The notes beneath the pieces are model-generated. The model saw nothing but the letters and a program-made list of their open reading frames with translations, was not told where the DNA came from and searched no databases. From the human T2T-CHM13v2.0 reference genome, Homo sapiens: a stretch of 64,000 nt of DNA. Every line of letters begins with the position of its first letter. Positions within the stretch are counted from its first letter, which is position 1. A program made the translations under genes and the position numbers. Location of the stretch: NCBI RefSeq assembly GCF_009914755.1, contig NC_060942.1. One strand, 5' to 3'. Below, one piece after another: positions 14,401-28,240 of this stretch.

Positions 14401-17177
14401 GACACACCCTGACCCCACCTGTCCCATGCAACCCCCACCCTTGACTTCTCTGTGGCCGCAGGAGCTGCCGCCTGGCTGGGGCTCTGCAAGCCCAAGAACA
14501 GTGAGACCAGCTCGAGGCTACAGGGGACAGCAGGGCGAGCAGCTGACGTCAGGGCCCCTGGTGCGCGGTGGCAATTCTGGGAGGGGCCGGGCCTGGGAGG
14601 GTGCTGAGGACGCAGATCTGTGCCCCCAGGCACACAGCCAAGTGGAGCAGAGCAGCTGCTTTTGGGTCTCTGCCGGCCTCCCTCCCTGGTGATAGATGCA
14701 AACCTTCCTTTCCTGGAGTGAACAGGGAGCAGCCGCCACCCACCATCCTAGTCCGAACACGCTTCCCCCACCGCTGTGTTCATGCCCTGGCTTGCCTAGC
14801 AGTGAACATGAGTGCTGCTGCACTTTCCCGTGTGAAATGTTTAAATCAGCGGCCGCTGACCCTTCCACAGCTCCTGAAGCCAGAGGCAGAGCCTGGGTGG
14901 GGAGCGCTGCCTGGACAGAAAGGACAGGACACAGCCCTCCCCCACCCTGGGGCGTCCGTCCCGCTCATAAGCCAGGGTGGGCACCTGGGTGCCGTAGCCG
15001 CCCTGTGTGAGGGTCTTCAGGCACAGCCATGGCCGGGTGTGTTCAGGGCTGGAGCTAGGAACCCGCAGGAGACAGCCGGCATCTGCACCCCCTCCTCTCT
15101 CCCAAGCCCACAGTGCTCGGCTCTAGAGCATCTTGTTGGCCTCTGAGAACATAAATCCGGCTTTATCATTACACCCACTGGGAAAAACCAGGAGGCTTTG
15201 GGACTGTTTCCACTTGGGTCGGTTTAGCTAAATTATAAGGCCCTGACCCACAGAGGGCATTTTCCTCCCATTTTTTATTCTCTGGGATGTGTCCTCCCCT
15301 GGATGCAGCTCCAGCTCCACAAAATCCAGTCTCTTCCACAGACAAAAAGACAGGGTGGTGCCTGGGTAGCACCGGGGGAAGGTGGTGCAGGCCCCTCGGC
15401 CTCTCACACACCCCAGCAGTCAGCCCAGGCTTCGGAATCCCCCCTGCCTGCTTTAGGCCCAGGCAGGGCTGCACAGCTGACTTGGGGTGGGGCTCCGGGC
15501 CTGGGACCACAGCCCCGGTGCAAAGGCGCCTGCCTTTCCTGCGCTAGCCATGCACACAGCAGGCGCCCGAGCATTGCGCGGTGACCCCGCCACCGGTCAC
15601 CTTCGCCCCACGCAGCTTCCGGTTGACCCCTCACACCAGGATGGGAAACAGAGCTCGCCTGACCCTCACACACGGCTGAGATTTCCCAGGATGTGCTTGC
15701 GAACAAGACTCAAGGCCTGAGAGCCACCACCACGCCTGCTTCAGGGACAGGCTACTTCCCACACAAAGCCCGTGGCTTTACTTGGCATGCAGCATCAGCT
15801 CACACTTGAGTTTCAACACTTTGTTTCTAATCAGTTGGTAACTCTGTAAACACACACACACCCACACACAGACACAATTTCTGGCTTCTCTGGAAAAAGA
15901 GCCTTTTCAGACTTTAGATTATGCATCTACAACTTCCTTCATAGATACGGGTTATCTACTTAAGAGATACTCAAGCTATTTCTTCTTGGGTTAAAGGAAT
16001 TGGTCCATTTTATCCAAATTTTCAAATGTATGGGCATGAGGTTGTTCATTGTACTCTTTTGATGCCTGTGGGGTCTACAGAATATCCTCTTCCATACCAA
16101 ATACTGGGGATCTGTGCTTTCTTGTCATTCTGGCCACTGGTTTATCAGTTAATGATTTGTTCCAAAGAACCAGCTTTCAGTTTGGTTTTTTATGTTTGCT
16201 GCAGTTTTGTTTTCATTTTTGTTGCTTGGTGTTAGCTCCGTTATTTCCTTCCTTCTGCTGGCTTGGGGTTCCTTTGCATTTCATTTTATAGTTTCTTAAG
16301 CTTAGATTGATGATTTGAGAACTTTTTTCTAAAATCAGTATTTAATACTACACATTTAACTCTAAGCATTGCTTTAGTTGCATCCCACAAATTTTGATAT
16401 GGTGGTGTATTTTTCAGTTCAAAATATTTTCAATAGTTTGCTTTGCAATATCCTCTTTAACAGATTGTTTAAAGGTGTGTTGTTTAGCTTCTAAACCTTT
16501 GGAGACTTAAGATCTATTTCTGCTATTAATTTCTAGCTTAATTATATTATATTCATAGAAAATACTTTGCACAATTTCAGTTCTTTTTTAAAAAAATTCT
16601 CATGACCCAGGATATGGTCTGTTTGGTGAATGCCCAACGGGCATCTGAAAAGAATGCGCACGTTCACTTGGCTGTTGATGGTGTTCAGATTTTCTACATC
16701 CTTGCTAACTTTGTCTGCTTTTTCTATCAGTTACTGAGGAAAGCTGGAGTCCCTAAGTGCAACTGGGGATTTGTCTTTGCATTTCTGTCAGTTCTGACCT
16801 TATGGACTTCCAGGCTCTGGGGTTCCATGCATACACACTCAGAACTGTTGTATCTTCTTGGTGAACTCACCAGTTTATCATGATGCAATGTCCTTTTTTA
16901 TTCAAGGCAAATGTCCTTTACTTTGCCTGATATTAATACAGCGACTCCAAGCTTTCTTTGGTTCATATATGCATCTCTCACTGCATGGCCTCCTGGTCAA
17001 TACATCCTGCACCCCAGCATCCGCCATGGATGTAATCAGACTTCAATTGAGTTTGCTGTAAACAGCAGGTAGCTGAGTCTTGTGTTTCTTTTTAAATTAA
17101 TCTGAACATTGCTGTCCTTTAATTGGTATGATTAGGCCATTTACATTGAATGTTATTATTGACAGGTTTGAATTTAG

Positions 17178-17632
<455 letters not shown>

Positions 17633-17654
17633 TAGTTCTTTTAGTGCTCTAGGG

Positions 17655-17886
17655 CATTGGTTCCCAAATGGGAGTGATTATGACCCCATCCTCACACCCC
17701 TGCCCAAGGAAACATCTGGCAATTCCTGGAGACATTTTTAGTTGTCACAACTGGAGGAACACTGCTGGTATCTAGTGTGTAGGGGACCACGGATGCTGTT
17801 AAACATCCTATAATACCAAGATAGTCCCCCACAATAAGGGATTCTCCAGTTCAAAGTATCAATAGTGCTGCTGTTGAAAAATCTTA
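17655..17886 (+). mobile_element. MER20 (hAT-Charlie DNA transposon)
   Basis: Matches the recalled MER20 consensus (ggagacatttttagttgtcacaactgg...ggatgctgttaaacatccta...tcaatagtgc). 8-bp TSD ctctaggg (17647-17654) / ttctaggg (17887-17894). Confidence 0.8.
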
Positions 17887-19390
17887 TTCTAGGGACTATA
17901 ATATATTTAACTTGTCAAAGTCTCCTTAGGATCAACATTTTATTACTTTAAGTGGAATGCAGAAGTCTTAGCACCAAGTTCACTATCGTCTCCCTCTTTT
18001 ACATTGGACTTGTCACGTACAGCTACATTCACTAAAAACCCCACCAGACAATGTTATATTTTTTGCTAACTTTCACACATATTTTAAATAACTTAAGAAG
18101 AAAAATATATATATTATATTTACCCAGATATTGGCCATTTCTGTTGGTTTTCCTTCATTCCTGGAGTTCCAAGTTGCTCTCCTCCAGCGGAAGAACTTTT
18201 TTTAGTATTTCCTGTTGAGTAGCACTGCTGCCCATGACTTCGCTTTGTTTCCTTTCATTCGAGAAGGTCTTTATTTTGCCTTGATTCCTAAAGGAATTTT
18301 TTTTTTTTTCCTGAATATAGAATTCTGGGTCAAACGTTCTTTTCTTGCAGCATCTGAAAAATGTGCCACTTCCTTCTGACCTCCCTCGTTTCTGGTGAGA
18401 AACCCATAGTAATTTGGATCCTTTTCCTCTTAACTGCTTTCGACATTTTTTATTTGACTTTGATTCTTACCAGTTTGATTGTGATGTGATATGTTTGGGA
18501 TTCACTGAACTTCTTACATCTATGTTTGTCTTTCACCAAATTTTGGGTGTTTTCAGCCCTTATTTCTTCAGCTATTTTTCCTCTGTGTCACACTCTCCTC
18601 TCCTCTGGGCTCAGATGACAGAATATTAGACCCTTTGGAATTTGTCCCTGACTCTATTCATGTTTTTGTTACTGTTTTTCAATTGCTTCCTGTTCAGAAT
18701 GGACATTTTTTAATGATCTGCCTTCAACTTCACTATTTCCTCTCATCTCCATTCTACAGTTGTGTCGTGAAATATATTATTTAGATTATTGTATTTTTCA
18801 ATTTAAAATTATCTATTTGGTTTTCTTTAAACTTCTATTTCTCTATGGAGATGTTCGGTCTTCCCGTTCATTCCAAGAACGTTTGCTCTTACCCGTTAGA
18901 GCACAGTTACAACAGTGACTTCAAAATCTTGGATAAGTCTGATCTGTCAGCCTGAGTTGGTTTCTATTGACTGTCATTTCCGTTGGCAGCTGAGAAACTC
19001 AACTCTTCATACATAACTTTGGTTTTTATCTTGGACATTCTGAACATTATGCAGTGAGATGTGAGTCTTCCATGGTCCTATCAACAGTGTTGCTTTTCCT
19101 GCTACCAAGCACTTCATGTGGTTAGATTCAGGGTGTGAGGTCTGACTTGTTTTTGGTGGACTGCAGTTCAATTTAATTCCATTTCAAAACCTTCCTTTTG
19201 ATCTTTGGATCTGTCTTTCATGTGCAACACTCAGAGACAAGACTGGGACTTGAGCAGTCAACTGTCCACAATGACACTGAGTTCACAAAGCTGTTGGCAT
19301 GTAGTTTAGGGCCAGATCTATGCATGTGTAGTTCAAGGGTGAGTCCAGAAACTTCACTACAGTGTCCCCAGTCTTCCTCACCACGATGTA

Positions 19391-20492
19391 CCCAACCTTC
19401 CCCATCAGAGTACCACAGAGTCCTCAACCTTCCCCACAACCTCACCAGAGTCCCCAACCTTCCCCACAACCTCACCAGAGTCCCCAGCCTTCCCCACAAC
19501 ATCACCACAGAGTCCCCAACCTTCCCCACACCCTCACCAGAGTCCCCAGCCTTCCCCACCATCTCACCAGAGTCCCCAGCCTTCCCCACCATCTCACCAG
19601 TCTCCAACCTTCCCCAGCATCTCACCACAGAGTCCGCAACCTTCCCCACATCCTCACCATAGAGTCCCCAACCTTCCCCACCATCTCACAACAGAGTCCC
19701 CAACCTTCCCCACCATCTCACAACAGAGTCCCCAACCTTCCCCACCACCTCACCAGAGTCCCCAACCTTCCCCACATCCTCACCATAGAGTCCCCAACCT
19801 TCCCCACCATCTCACAAGAGTCCCCAACCTTCCCCACCACCTCACCAGAGTCCCCAGGCTTCCCCACCATCTCACCACAGAGTCCCCAACCTTCCCCACA
19901 CCCTCACCATAGAGTCCCCAACCTTCCCCACCATCTCACCACAGTCCCCAACCTTCCCCACAACCTCACCAGAGTCCCCAGCCTTCCCTACAACCTCACC
20001 AGAGTCCCCAGCCTTCCCCACACCCTCACCAGAGTCCCCAGACTTCCCCACACCCTCGCCAGAGTCCCCAGCCTTCCCCACCATCTCACCAGTCTCCAAC
20101 CTTCCCCACACCCTCACCATAGAGTCCCCAACCTTCCCCACACCCTCACCAGAGTCCCCAACCTTCCCCACATCCTCACCATAGAGTCCCCAACCTTCCC
20201 CACATCCTCACCATAGAGTCCCCAACCTTCCCCACATCCTCACCATAGTCACCAACCTTCCCCACCATCTCACACCAGAGTCCCCAACCTTCCCCACCAC
20301 CTCACCAGAGTCCCCAACCTTCCCCACCACCTCACCAGAGTCCCCAACCTTCCCCACCACCTCACCAGAGTCCCCAGGCTTCCCTACCATCTCACAACGG
20401 AGTCCCCAACCTTCCCCACACCCTCACCATAGAGTCCCCAACCTTCCCCACCATCTCACAACAGAGTCCCCAACCTTCCCCACCATCTCACA
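19391..20492. repeat. C-rich VNTR, ~30-33-bp unit, ~35 copies
   Basis: Unit ctcacc(ac)agagtccccaaccttccccacca(t). Confidence 0.95.
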
Positions 20493-21699
20493 AGACTTTT
20501 TCTAGTTCACTCTCTTCTAAATTTGAGCATTTTTTTCGCATCACACATGAATGAACTAAGCTGTAATTTAAGGCAAGTTTAAGCTGTAATTTAACATTTT
20601 CTCATTCTAAAAGAGACCATATGAACCACACAAATCCTATATAAAGGACCAAAGACAGGTGTAAAATAGAGAAACGTGGCACCCCGGAGAATCTGCTGAC
20701 TGTGTCTATTTTGCCCAGGGTTTCCCATATGGCTGGGCGTGTTCCAGTGTAGACGGAGGAGGCCAGGGCACGTTTGTTTTGGCTGCTTTGACAGACAACG
20801 TCCCTCCTCACACAGCGGCCACACAAGTTAACTGTGAACAACTTTCAAACTATCTTCAGTGAAACAGTCAAAGCAAGCAACCCAGACCTAGAGAGACAGC
20901 TTTTAGCTCCCACTGTAAAATCAGGTAAAGCCATGTGGTCTGCAACTTGGAATGCCCCTGGCTGCCAGGTGTGGCAGGGGAAGGGCTAAGAGGCTCACTG
21001 CAGCACCCACACCACGGCCTCAGGTGGGGACAAGTGGGAAGGTGATGCCTGAGCCCAGCCCCCAGGAAGGAGGAGCAGAGCCTGGAACAGCCTGGGCTGC
21101 TTTGCTGTCTGGAGGGAAATCGGGGGTCGGGGCCACTCCTGAGGCCCCAACCACACAGGCAGAGCCCAGGCCCATTCGGAGCCCACCCTAGGAGGGGGCT
21201 GGTTAGCCCTGAGGGGCCAGTGGGGGCCTGGACATCTTTCCGTCCCCTTCCCTGCTGACGCCTCCAACACACAGAACCCCAGGGAGCCAGGCAGGCCAGG
21301 AGGCAGGCGGCTGGCCCACGCCCCGTGAGGATTCCGCAGTGGCAGAGCTCAGGTCTGCACACACCAACAAAGACAGAGGGCTCCAGAGTTCCAGCCGGGA
21401 CACAGCCCTGGTCAGACGGGGGCCGGCAGGACGTGCAGCTGAAGCCTGATCCCAGGACCACCTGTCCCTGTCCCCAGGTCACCGCCCGGCTCCCTCACTG
21501 TTAGCGTCCCCGGGGCCCTGACGCACAGGTGCGCTCTGCAGCATGGCAGCTGCAGGCACGGAGCCATCACTGGGCTGGGCTCTGCTGGCTGCGGGGACAT
21601 TCCAGCTGCCGGGACGCTCTGTCAGAGAAGATGGCTCCACCACCATGGCACGGGGACTGGAATCCCAGCCATCCCCCACCCCCCTAGCTACATCATTTA

Positions 21700-22200
21700 G
21701 AGGGCAGGGGAGGGGACGGGAGCAGGGAGGGGACGCAGCAGGGAAGGGACAGGAGCAGGGAGGAGACAGGAGCAGAGGGGAGGCAGCAGGGAGGGGATGG
21801 AGCAGGAAGGGGACAGGAGCAGGGAGGGGAACAGTAGCAGGAGGAGATGGCAGCAGGGAGGGGACAGGAGCAGGAAGGGGACAGGAGTGGGGGGGACGGG
21901 AGCAGGGAGGGGACAGCAGCAGAGAGGGGACGGGAGCAGAGGGGACAGGAGCAGTGAGGAGACGGGAGCAGAGGGGAGGCAGCAGGGAGAGGACAGCAGC
22001 AGGAAGGGGACAGGAGCAGGGAGGGGAACAGTAGCAGGAGGGGATGGCAGCAGGGAGGGGACAAGAGCAGGAAGGGGACAGGAGTGGGGGGGACGGGAGC
22101 AGGGAGGGAGTGGGAGCAGGGAGGGGACGGCAGCAGGGAGGGGATGGGAGCAGGGAGGGGACGGCAGCAGCGAGGGGATGGGAGCAGGGAGGGGACGGAA
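21700..22200. repeat. Purine/G-rich repeat (gggagcagggagggga core) with ~197-bp higher-order duplication
   Basis: Marker acagtagcaggag at ~21831 and ~22028; strong purine bias on +. Confidence 0.85.
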
Positions 22201-22204
22201 AACA

Positions 22205-22740
22205 GGCTGGCAGCTCTGCAAATTATGAAACAGGGTCACATCCAACCGGCGATTCCACCCCCAGGTAGAAGGGAAAACTACGTCCACATAAAAACTCGTT
22301 CATGAGTGTCCATCACATGTAACAGCATAAACGTTAAACAACCAAATGTCCCTCAGCTGAAGAACGAAGAACGAAGAGCAAACGTGGCAAATCTATGGAA
22401 GGAACATTTTTCAACCACAAAAAGGAAAGAAACGCTGACCCCTTCTGCAGCATGGATGAACCCTGAGAATACGAAGTGCAGGGAAAGACGCCAAGCACAA
22501 GGTCACATATCGCCAGGCCACGTGTCGCCAGGCCACGTGTCACCAGGCCACGTGTCATCAGGCACCACTGATGTGATGTGTCCTGAAAGGCAAGCCCATG
22601 GAGATGGGAAGTGGAGGAGTGGCAGCGGGGGTGAGGAGGCTGGGGCGGTGGGAATGACTGCCAGTGGCCGCGGGGTTGCTTCCTGGGGTGCGGAAAATGT
22701 TCTGGAATTAGACCGTGGTGCTGGCTTGGCAGCCCCGTGA
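22205..22740 (+). mobile_element. Old L1 3'-end fragment (L1MB/MC-like)
   Basis: aaacaaccaaatgtcc...gcagcatggatgaaccctgagaa...gaaaatgttctggaattaga, typical of old L1 3' ends. Confidence 0.55.
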
Positions 22741-23929
22741 GTATGCTGTGATGTGAGTCACATCTCAGGCGGGTCACACTTTGTAATGTTCCAGAGCCTC
22801 CGCTGAACCCTCCTGTCACATGGGCCAGCCTGCGTGCACCGAGCTTGCTTCCTGTTAACCCAGGCATCCTGTGCAGCACTCACTCCACTCAGAACCACAG
22901 GGGCCTGCTCTGCATCAAAGGCATAAGGAAAGGCACAGTGGGTGAGGGGGGGTTCTGAGTGTCATGAAGACGTGGCCCCAGGGGAGACATGCCACATGCC
23001 CAGAGGCTGAGGACCCACACAGCCTGCTCTAGAGTTTGGGTAAGAGCTCGGCTTCTGGATCCAGCCCATGTCCTGGCTGGACAGGGGCAGCCCCAAGGGG
23101 TGAGGACTGACGTAGTTGAAATCCTCTCCTTGCGGGGCGGCCTGAGCCTCAGCTTCACCTGCTGCAGGCACCATGCCACACCTGCCTGGTCACCCATCCT
23201 CACTCAGCCACGGTGGTCACACACTGTCGGGGTCCACACAGGCACCTGCCCAGGCTCTTCCACAGCCACGGTGTCTGTATTCCGCATTTCAGGCTCCTCC
23301 CCATCTGTCAACACCAACGCACCCCCGCTGCCCTCATCATCTACACCCACCTCACCCTCCAATCCTTGTCAGGGAACAGTCTTCAAATCCAGTAAAAACT
23401 GGAGGAAGAGGAATGCAAACACTCTCAGAAAATCCGCCCTTCGGAGCCTGCTGTGTTAATTAGCAAAGCTGTTTCTGAAGCTTTATCACATCTCATTACT
23501 GGTTCAGAAACTACAACCACGTAGTATTTTCTAAAGGGAAGTCACTGTTCAAAAATGCCTCCGGCAGTTGCTCGCAGGTGGAAACCGTGTGTGCATCGCT
23601 GTGTGTGTGTGCATGCGCGCACGCGCGCATGGAGGCAACTGTGCATGCCGGCCTGTGCACGTGTGTGCAAGTACACGAGACACAGGACTTTCCAGAAGCA
23701 GGGCTGCTACGAGATCAACTCGGGAATTCTTGAGTCACTTCCTATCAAACATCCTAGAGACCTTCGGTTTAATGTGGAGCTGAGGCTGTGGGTCCCAGGG
23801 AAGATTCCAGGCAGCATCTACGCCTCCCTCACCTAGGGCAGTGGCACTAGCAGGTCCCCAGAGAAAAGGAGCTGAAGTTCAGGCTGTCACGTTTCAGGCT
23901 CATGTCACCATTCGCCACCAAAGTCTTGT

Positions 23930-24215
23930 TTGTTTTTTTACATGGAGTCTCACTCTGTTGCCCAGGCTGGAGTGCAGTGGCGCGATCTTGGCTCACTGCA
24001 ACCTCCGCCCCCCAGGTTCAAGTGATTCTCCTGCCTCAGCTTCCTGAGTAGCTGGGATTACAGACGCCTGCCACACCTAGCTAATTTTTGCATTTTTAGT
24101 AGAGACAGGGTTTCACCATCTTGGCCAGGCTGGTCTTGAACTCCTAACCTTGTGATCCACCTGCCCTGGCCTCCCAAAGTGCTGGGATTACAGGCGTGAG
24201 CCACCGCGCCCAGCC
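23930..24215 (-). mobile_element. Alu (AluS-like)
   Basis: catggagtctcactctgttgcccagg...gagccaccgcgcccagcc. Flanked on both sides by caaagtcttg. Confidence 0.92.
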
Positions 24216-25983
24216 CAAAGTCTTGGTTTTTTGGGTATCTGTTAAGTACGTGTGTGTGCACATTTTAAATACGTCATCTTAAACACGACCCTGGAGATTA
24301 TACAGGAAGCACACATGATCTATCAAACCTGCATTCAGAAACCACTACCCACAATGGCTTCAAGAATCACAACTCCTGACAGGGCTGGGGGTACCACGAC
24401 GCCCCCATCAGGCAGATCGGAGCACAAAGGAACCTGAGACGTCTCTGACCTGCCTCCAGATGGGGGGTGGTCTGACAGCAGGAAGTGGGGGGTCACTCCA
24501 GCCCACCCCAAGGCTGCCGTGGCCCCGGAGGAACAGGCAGGTACCACAGGAGCACCCAGGAAGTGGCAAAGGGGAGAGACACCCCCTTGCCCAAGCTGCG
24601 TCTGGAGAGCGAGTGGAACCCAGGCCGGGGAGGGCTGAAGATCCACGGAGCGGTGGCCTGGACCCATGCGGAGAAGCCAGAAGACCACACAGCAAGGGGG
24701 GCAGAGGTGGGGACCCTGTGCCCCACAGGCTGCAGTGCCAAGGGAGGAAGGTGGGCAGGGCCCACAGGCCCAAAGAGACGGAGCTTCAGACGCGCAAGTG
24801 GAGCCGGCTCCAGACTCAGCCCTGCCCAGAGGGAGCCTCAGGAACAGCCCCCAGGTCGCCGGCCCTAGCCCTGCAGGCCCTGCCTTGCCCAGGCTGCCAG
24901 GTGGCGTCTCAGGTTGTGGAAGGCAGCTGCTGGGCCTCCAGAATTCACACTCGGGTGATACTAAAACCCAGGGCCAAGGTGAAACGCGGCGTCAGAGCAG
25001 CAGAAATAAGGACGTGCGGCACAAAGGCTGGGCCTGGAGTGGTCCTGTTCCCTTTCCCGTTTAGTGAGAACCCTCCCAAAACCTTCCCTCAGGCCATGCA
25101 GAGGCAACGTCCCCACAAGCAGACCCCAGACTTTGCCTGGCTGGCAGGCATGGGGTCAGGCTGGCTGTGCGTTCTAGCAGCAAACGCCTTATGTGTTCCA
25201 GTGGGAAAACCGCCCGATGGTCACTCTTAAAAGCGCAGACCGGATGAACTGGGCCTGGGGAGGGCTGAAGCTCCCGGCAGCACGGGCGGGGCCAGCCCCA
25301 CCCCCTCCGCATCCCCCCAGGGCCCGCCCTGTCCCCTCCCCATCCCCCCGGGGCCAGGCCAGGGCCTCAGTGCACAGACTCTCCGGGGCGCTCATTACCG
25401 TAACTACAACCACACACTCCATCACTCCGAGCCGACCCGACGCTGCTGCTCCTGGTCCCCGTTCCTGACGAGGATGCACAGGGTCTCAGCGGTCCCGCAC
25501 TTGAAGCTGGCTGACCTCGCTGCCTACTTCCTCCGCAGAGACTGCTCCATCTCCCTCAGCCTCAGGACTCCATCCAAGCCCTCACAACGTGCCAGCTGTG
25601 TGGGTCGCCCGTCTTCTGCCCGGCCCTCCCGGCAGGGACAGAGGCCAAGCCTCCTGTGGCCCGATGGGGAGATGGGGTGCCTGTGACATCCCGTCCCCAG
25701 CCACACCTGAGGTTTATAAAAGCAGAAGTTAGCCCAGGTGATCTCACAGGGGCTTGGCACTCACCCAGGGAGCAGGGCAAACTCAGAGGTAGAACACCTG
25801 CACCTCCTGGGATCCCTGAGACACGTTCCAAGTTCCGCAGCCAAGGAGAAGTATGCAGGCAAAGGACCATGACCCCGGCTCCCATCTCGCCCACACAGCA
25901 CCCCCAATACTATTTTACATGTGTGTAAGTGTATCCGCATCCCACACACACGGGTTTTCATCCACGGTTCCAGGCTGCTAACT

Positions 25984-26421
25984 CCCACAGTGCTTCTGTA
26001 CCCGCGGTGCTCTCATAGCCGCAGTGCTCCCGTACCCTCCCATACCCACGGTGCTCCCGTACCCACGGTGCTCTCATACCCACAGTGCTCCCGTACCCAC
26101 GGTGCTCTCATACCCACAGTGCTCCCGTACCCACGGTGCTCTCATAGCCGCAGTGCTCCCGTACCCACGGTGCTCTCATAGCCGCAGTGCTGCCGTACCC
26201 TCCCATACCCACGGTGCTCCCGTACCCATGGCGCTCCCATACCCACAGCGCTCCCGTACCCACGGTGCTCTCATACCCACAGCGCTCCCGTACCCTCCCA
26301 TACCCACAGTGCTCCCGTACCCGCGGCGCTCTTGTACCTGCGGCACTCCCGTACCCGTGGTGCTCCCGTACCCGTGGTGCTCCCATACCCGTGGTGCTCC
26401 CGTACCCACAGTGCTTCTGTA
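25984..26421. repeat. 17-bp-unit minisatellite (acccacggtgctcccgt), ~25 copies
   Basis: Bounded at both ends by identical cccacagtgcttctgta (25984-26000 and 26405-26421). Confidence 0.93.
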
Positions 26422-26426
26422 GCTCT

Positions 26427-27170
26427 TGTCATGACGTTGGGGTGCTTTAGGCCTCAGAAAACAGAATCTCTCTGACCTTTTGCCCTCTGTTCACCTGCCC
26501 AGGCAGGACTCTAACCCTCATTCCAGAGAGGGTCCTGCCGACATCCTGGAGGAAGGAGCCTGCACAGAGGACAGAAGAATCTCAACAGACCCTGCTGGGT
26601 TCACGTCGCACCCTTAGGTCCAATCACATTTCAACACCATTGTCCATCACGCCTATCCAATGAGGTCTCCCAAGTAGACAGGCTTTGGGAGGCTCCGGGG
26701 AGAGCTGAATTTGCGGGAGCCGGCAGGAGAGTGAACAGGAGCTCATCTGTGTGCCGTGAGGGCGGCAGCCCCACTCCACGAGACCGAGCTCCTGCCTGGG
26801 GACCCCTCCACAGCTCCCTCTGTGTATCCCCTCACTCGGCGGTTTATGTCTGTCCTTTAAAATGCTCTTTGTAAAATATCAGCAACCGTGTTTCCCAGAG
26901 CTCTGTGAGCCGCTCCAGCAAGCTGACAGAGCCCAAGGAGGGGTCATGGAACCCTAACATGGCCCAGAAGTTCCAGAGGCCCAGATTTGCGATGGGTGTC
27001 TAAGTGTGGGTGGCATCTGGCGCTGTCTCTGGGTCAGGACAACCGGCGGTGCCCGCCGCAGGACCGACTGCCTGCTCGGTGCTGGGGAGACGCCTGCACA
27101 TGGAAGTGTGTGTGCTGCTTGTGGTGAAGTGAGTGAGAACAGGAAAAGCACGTCCAATGTGTTTCTTCCA
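26427..27170 (+). mobile_element. LTR, MER21-like
   Basis: Resembles the recalled MER21 consensus (gtgtttcccagagctctgtgagccgctccagcaa...cccaaggagggggtcatggaaccc...agaagttccagaggcccaga). Orientation tentative. Confidence 0.55.
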
Positions 27171-27889
27171 CACACAGACCCCCCTTCCACAGGCGTTTCT
27201 GGAGCCTTCCCCGTGTGTGAGAAGAGCAGACCTCGGGGCCTAAGACAGGCCTGCCTGCAGGGCCGCCTCGGCCAGCATCTGGAAACTCGGGTTTGAAGAG
27301 GATTCCCACGTCCCCCCAGCTGACGGGGCAGCCCCTGGGCTGAGACCTTGAACAACATGCCTGCGCTGAACAGCAAAACCTGCTACCCTGGAATCGAGAG
27401 CAACAGCTCCTGCCAAGCCTGGGGCCCCTGTGAGGTCACACACGGCCAGCTCCTTGTGAGGGGCCAGGAGGCCGGCATGTGGGGTCCGGATCCGCTAGAC
27501 CCTCACCACGAGGCTGTGGTGATGCTCTGGAGGGCACAGGCCTGGCACCCAGGCACCTCCCACAGATCTCCAGGTCGCAAGCTCGGCACGCGGGCACTGC
27601 CCACAGGATCTCCAGCTGTGGGGTGGCTGGGGACGCCACACTCCGCCGGACAAGGCCCACGTCCAGCCGGGGAGCCTACATACGACGCCCGCCCTGAGAC
27701 CCACTTTCTCTCTGGGAGCATCCCTGCCTTTTGGGCTCCACACCGAAGCCCTCAGGGCTGCCACTGCCCAACCCAACAGTGAGGGAGCCTGTTCCAGCCA
27801 TGGACACCCTCTCGGGCCTCCATGCACCCTCGCCCGAGAAACCCCAGCAACCCCCCTGGTCTTGATTCACTGTAATCACACCAACCAGG

Positions 27890-28240
27890 GCAGCCCAATC
27901 CCCACCTGCACCCCACACCACACCCCAACCTGTACCTACCTCACACCATGCCAGCACCCCACACCTGACCCATGCCCCACACCTCTACCTACAGCCCACA
28001 CCGGAACTCCATACCCCACACCCCAGCCCACACCTACACTTCACATCTGTGCCTATGTCCCACACCCACACCTACGCCACACACCTGTAACTGCAACCCA
28101 CACCTATAACCCTGGCCTGCACCTACATCTCACCCCCTACCACCACCCCACACCTACGACAAGCCCTCCTACCTTTACCTCTCACGGGCAACTGAACCTA
28201 CACACAACCCCCGGCCCTCACACCTCTGCCCACACGCCAA
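27890..28240. repeat. C/A-rich low-complexity tract
   Basis: Recurrent cccacacct/caccccacacc motifs. Confidence 0.6.

Noticed and set aside
19198-20390. Mucin- or extensin-like ORFs
   Set aside because: Arise from the 30-bp VNTR; frames shift between units.
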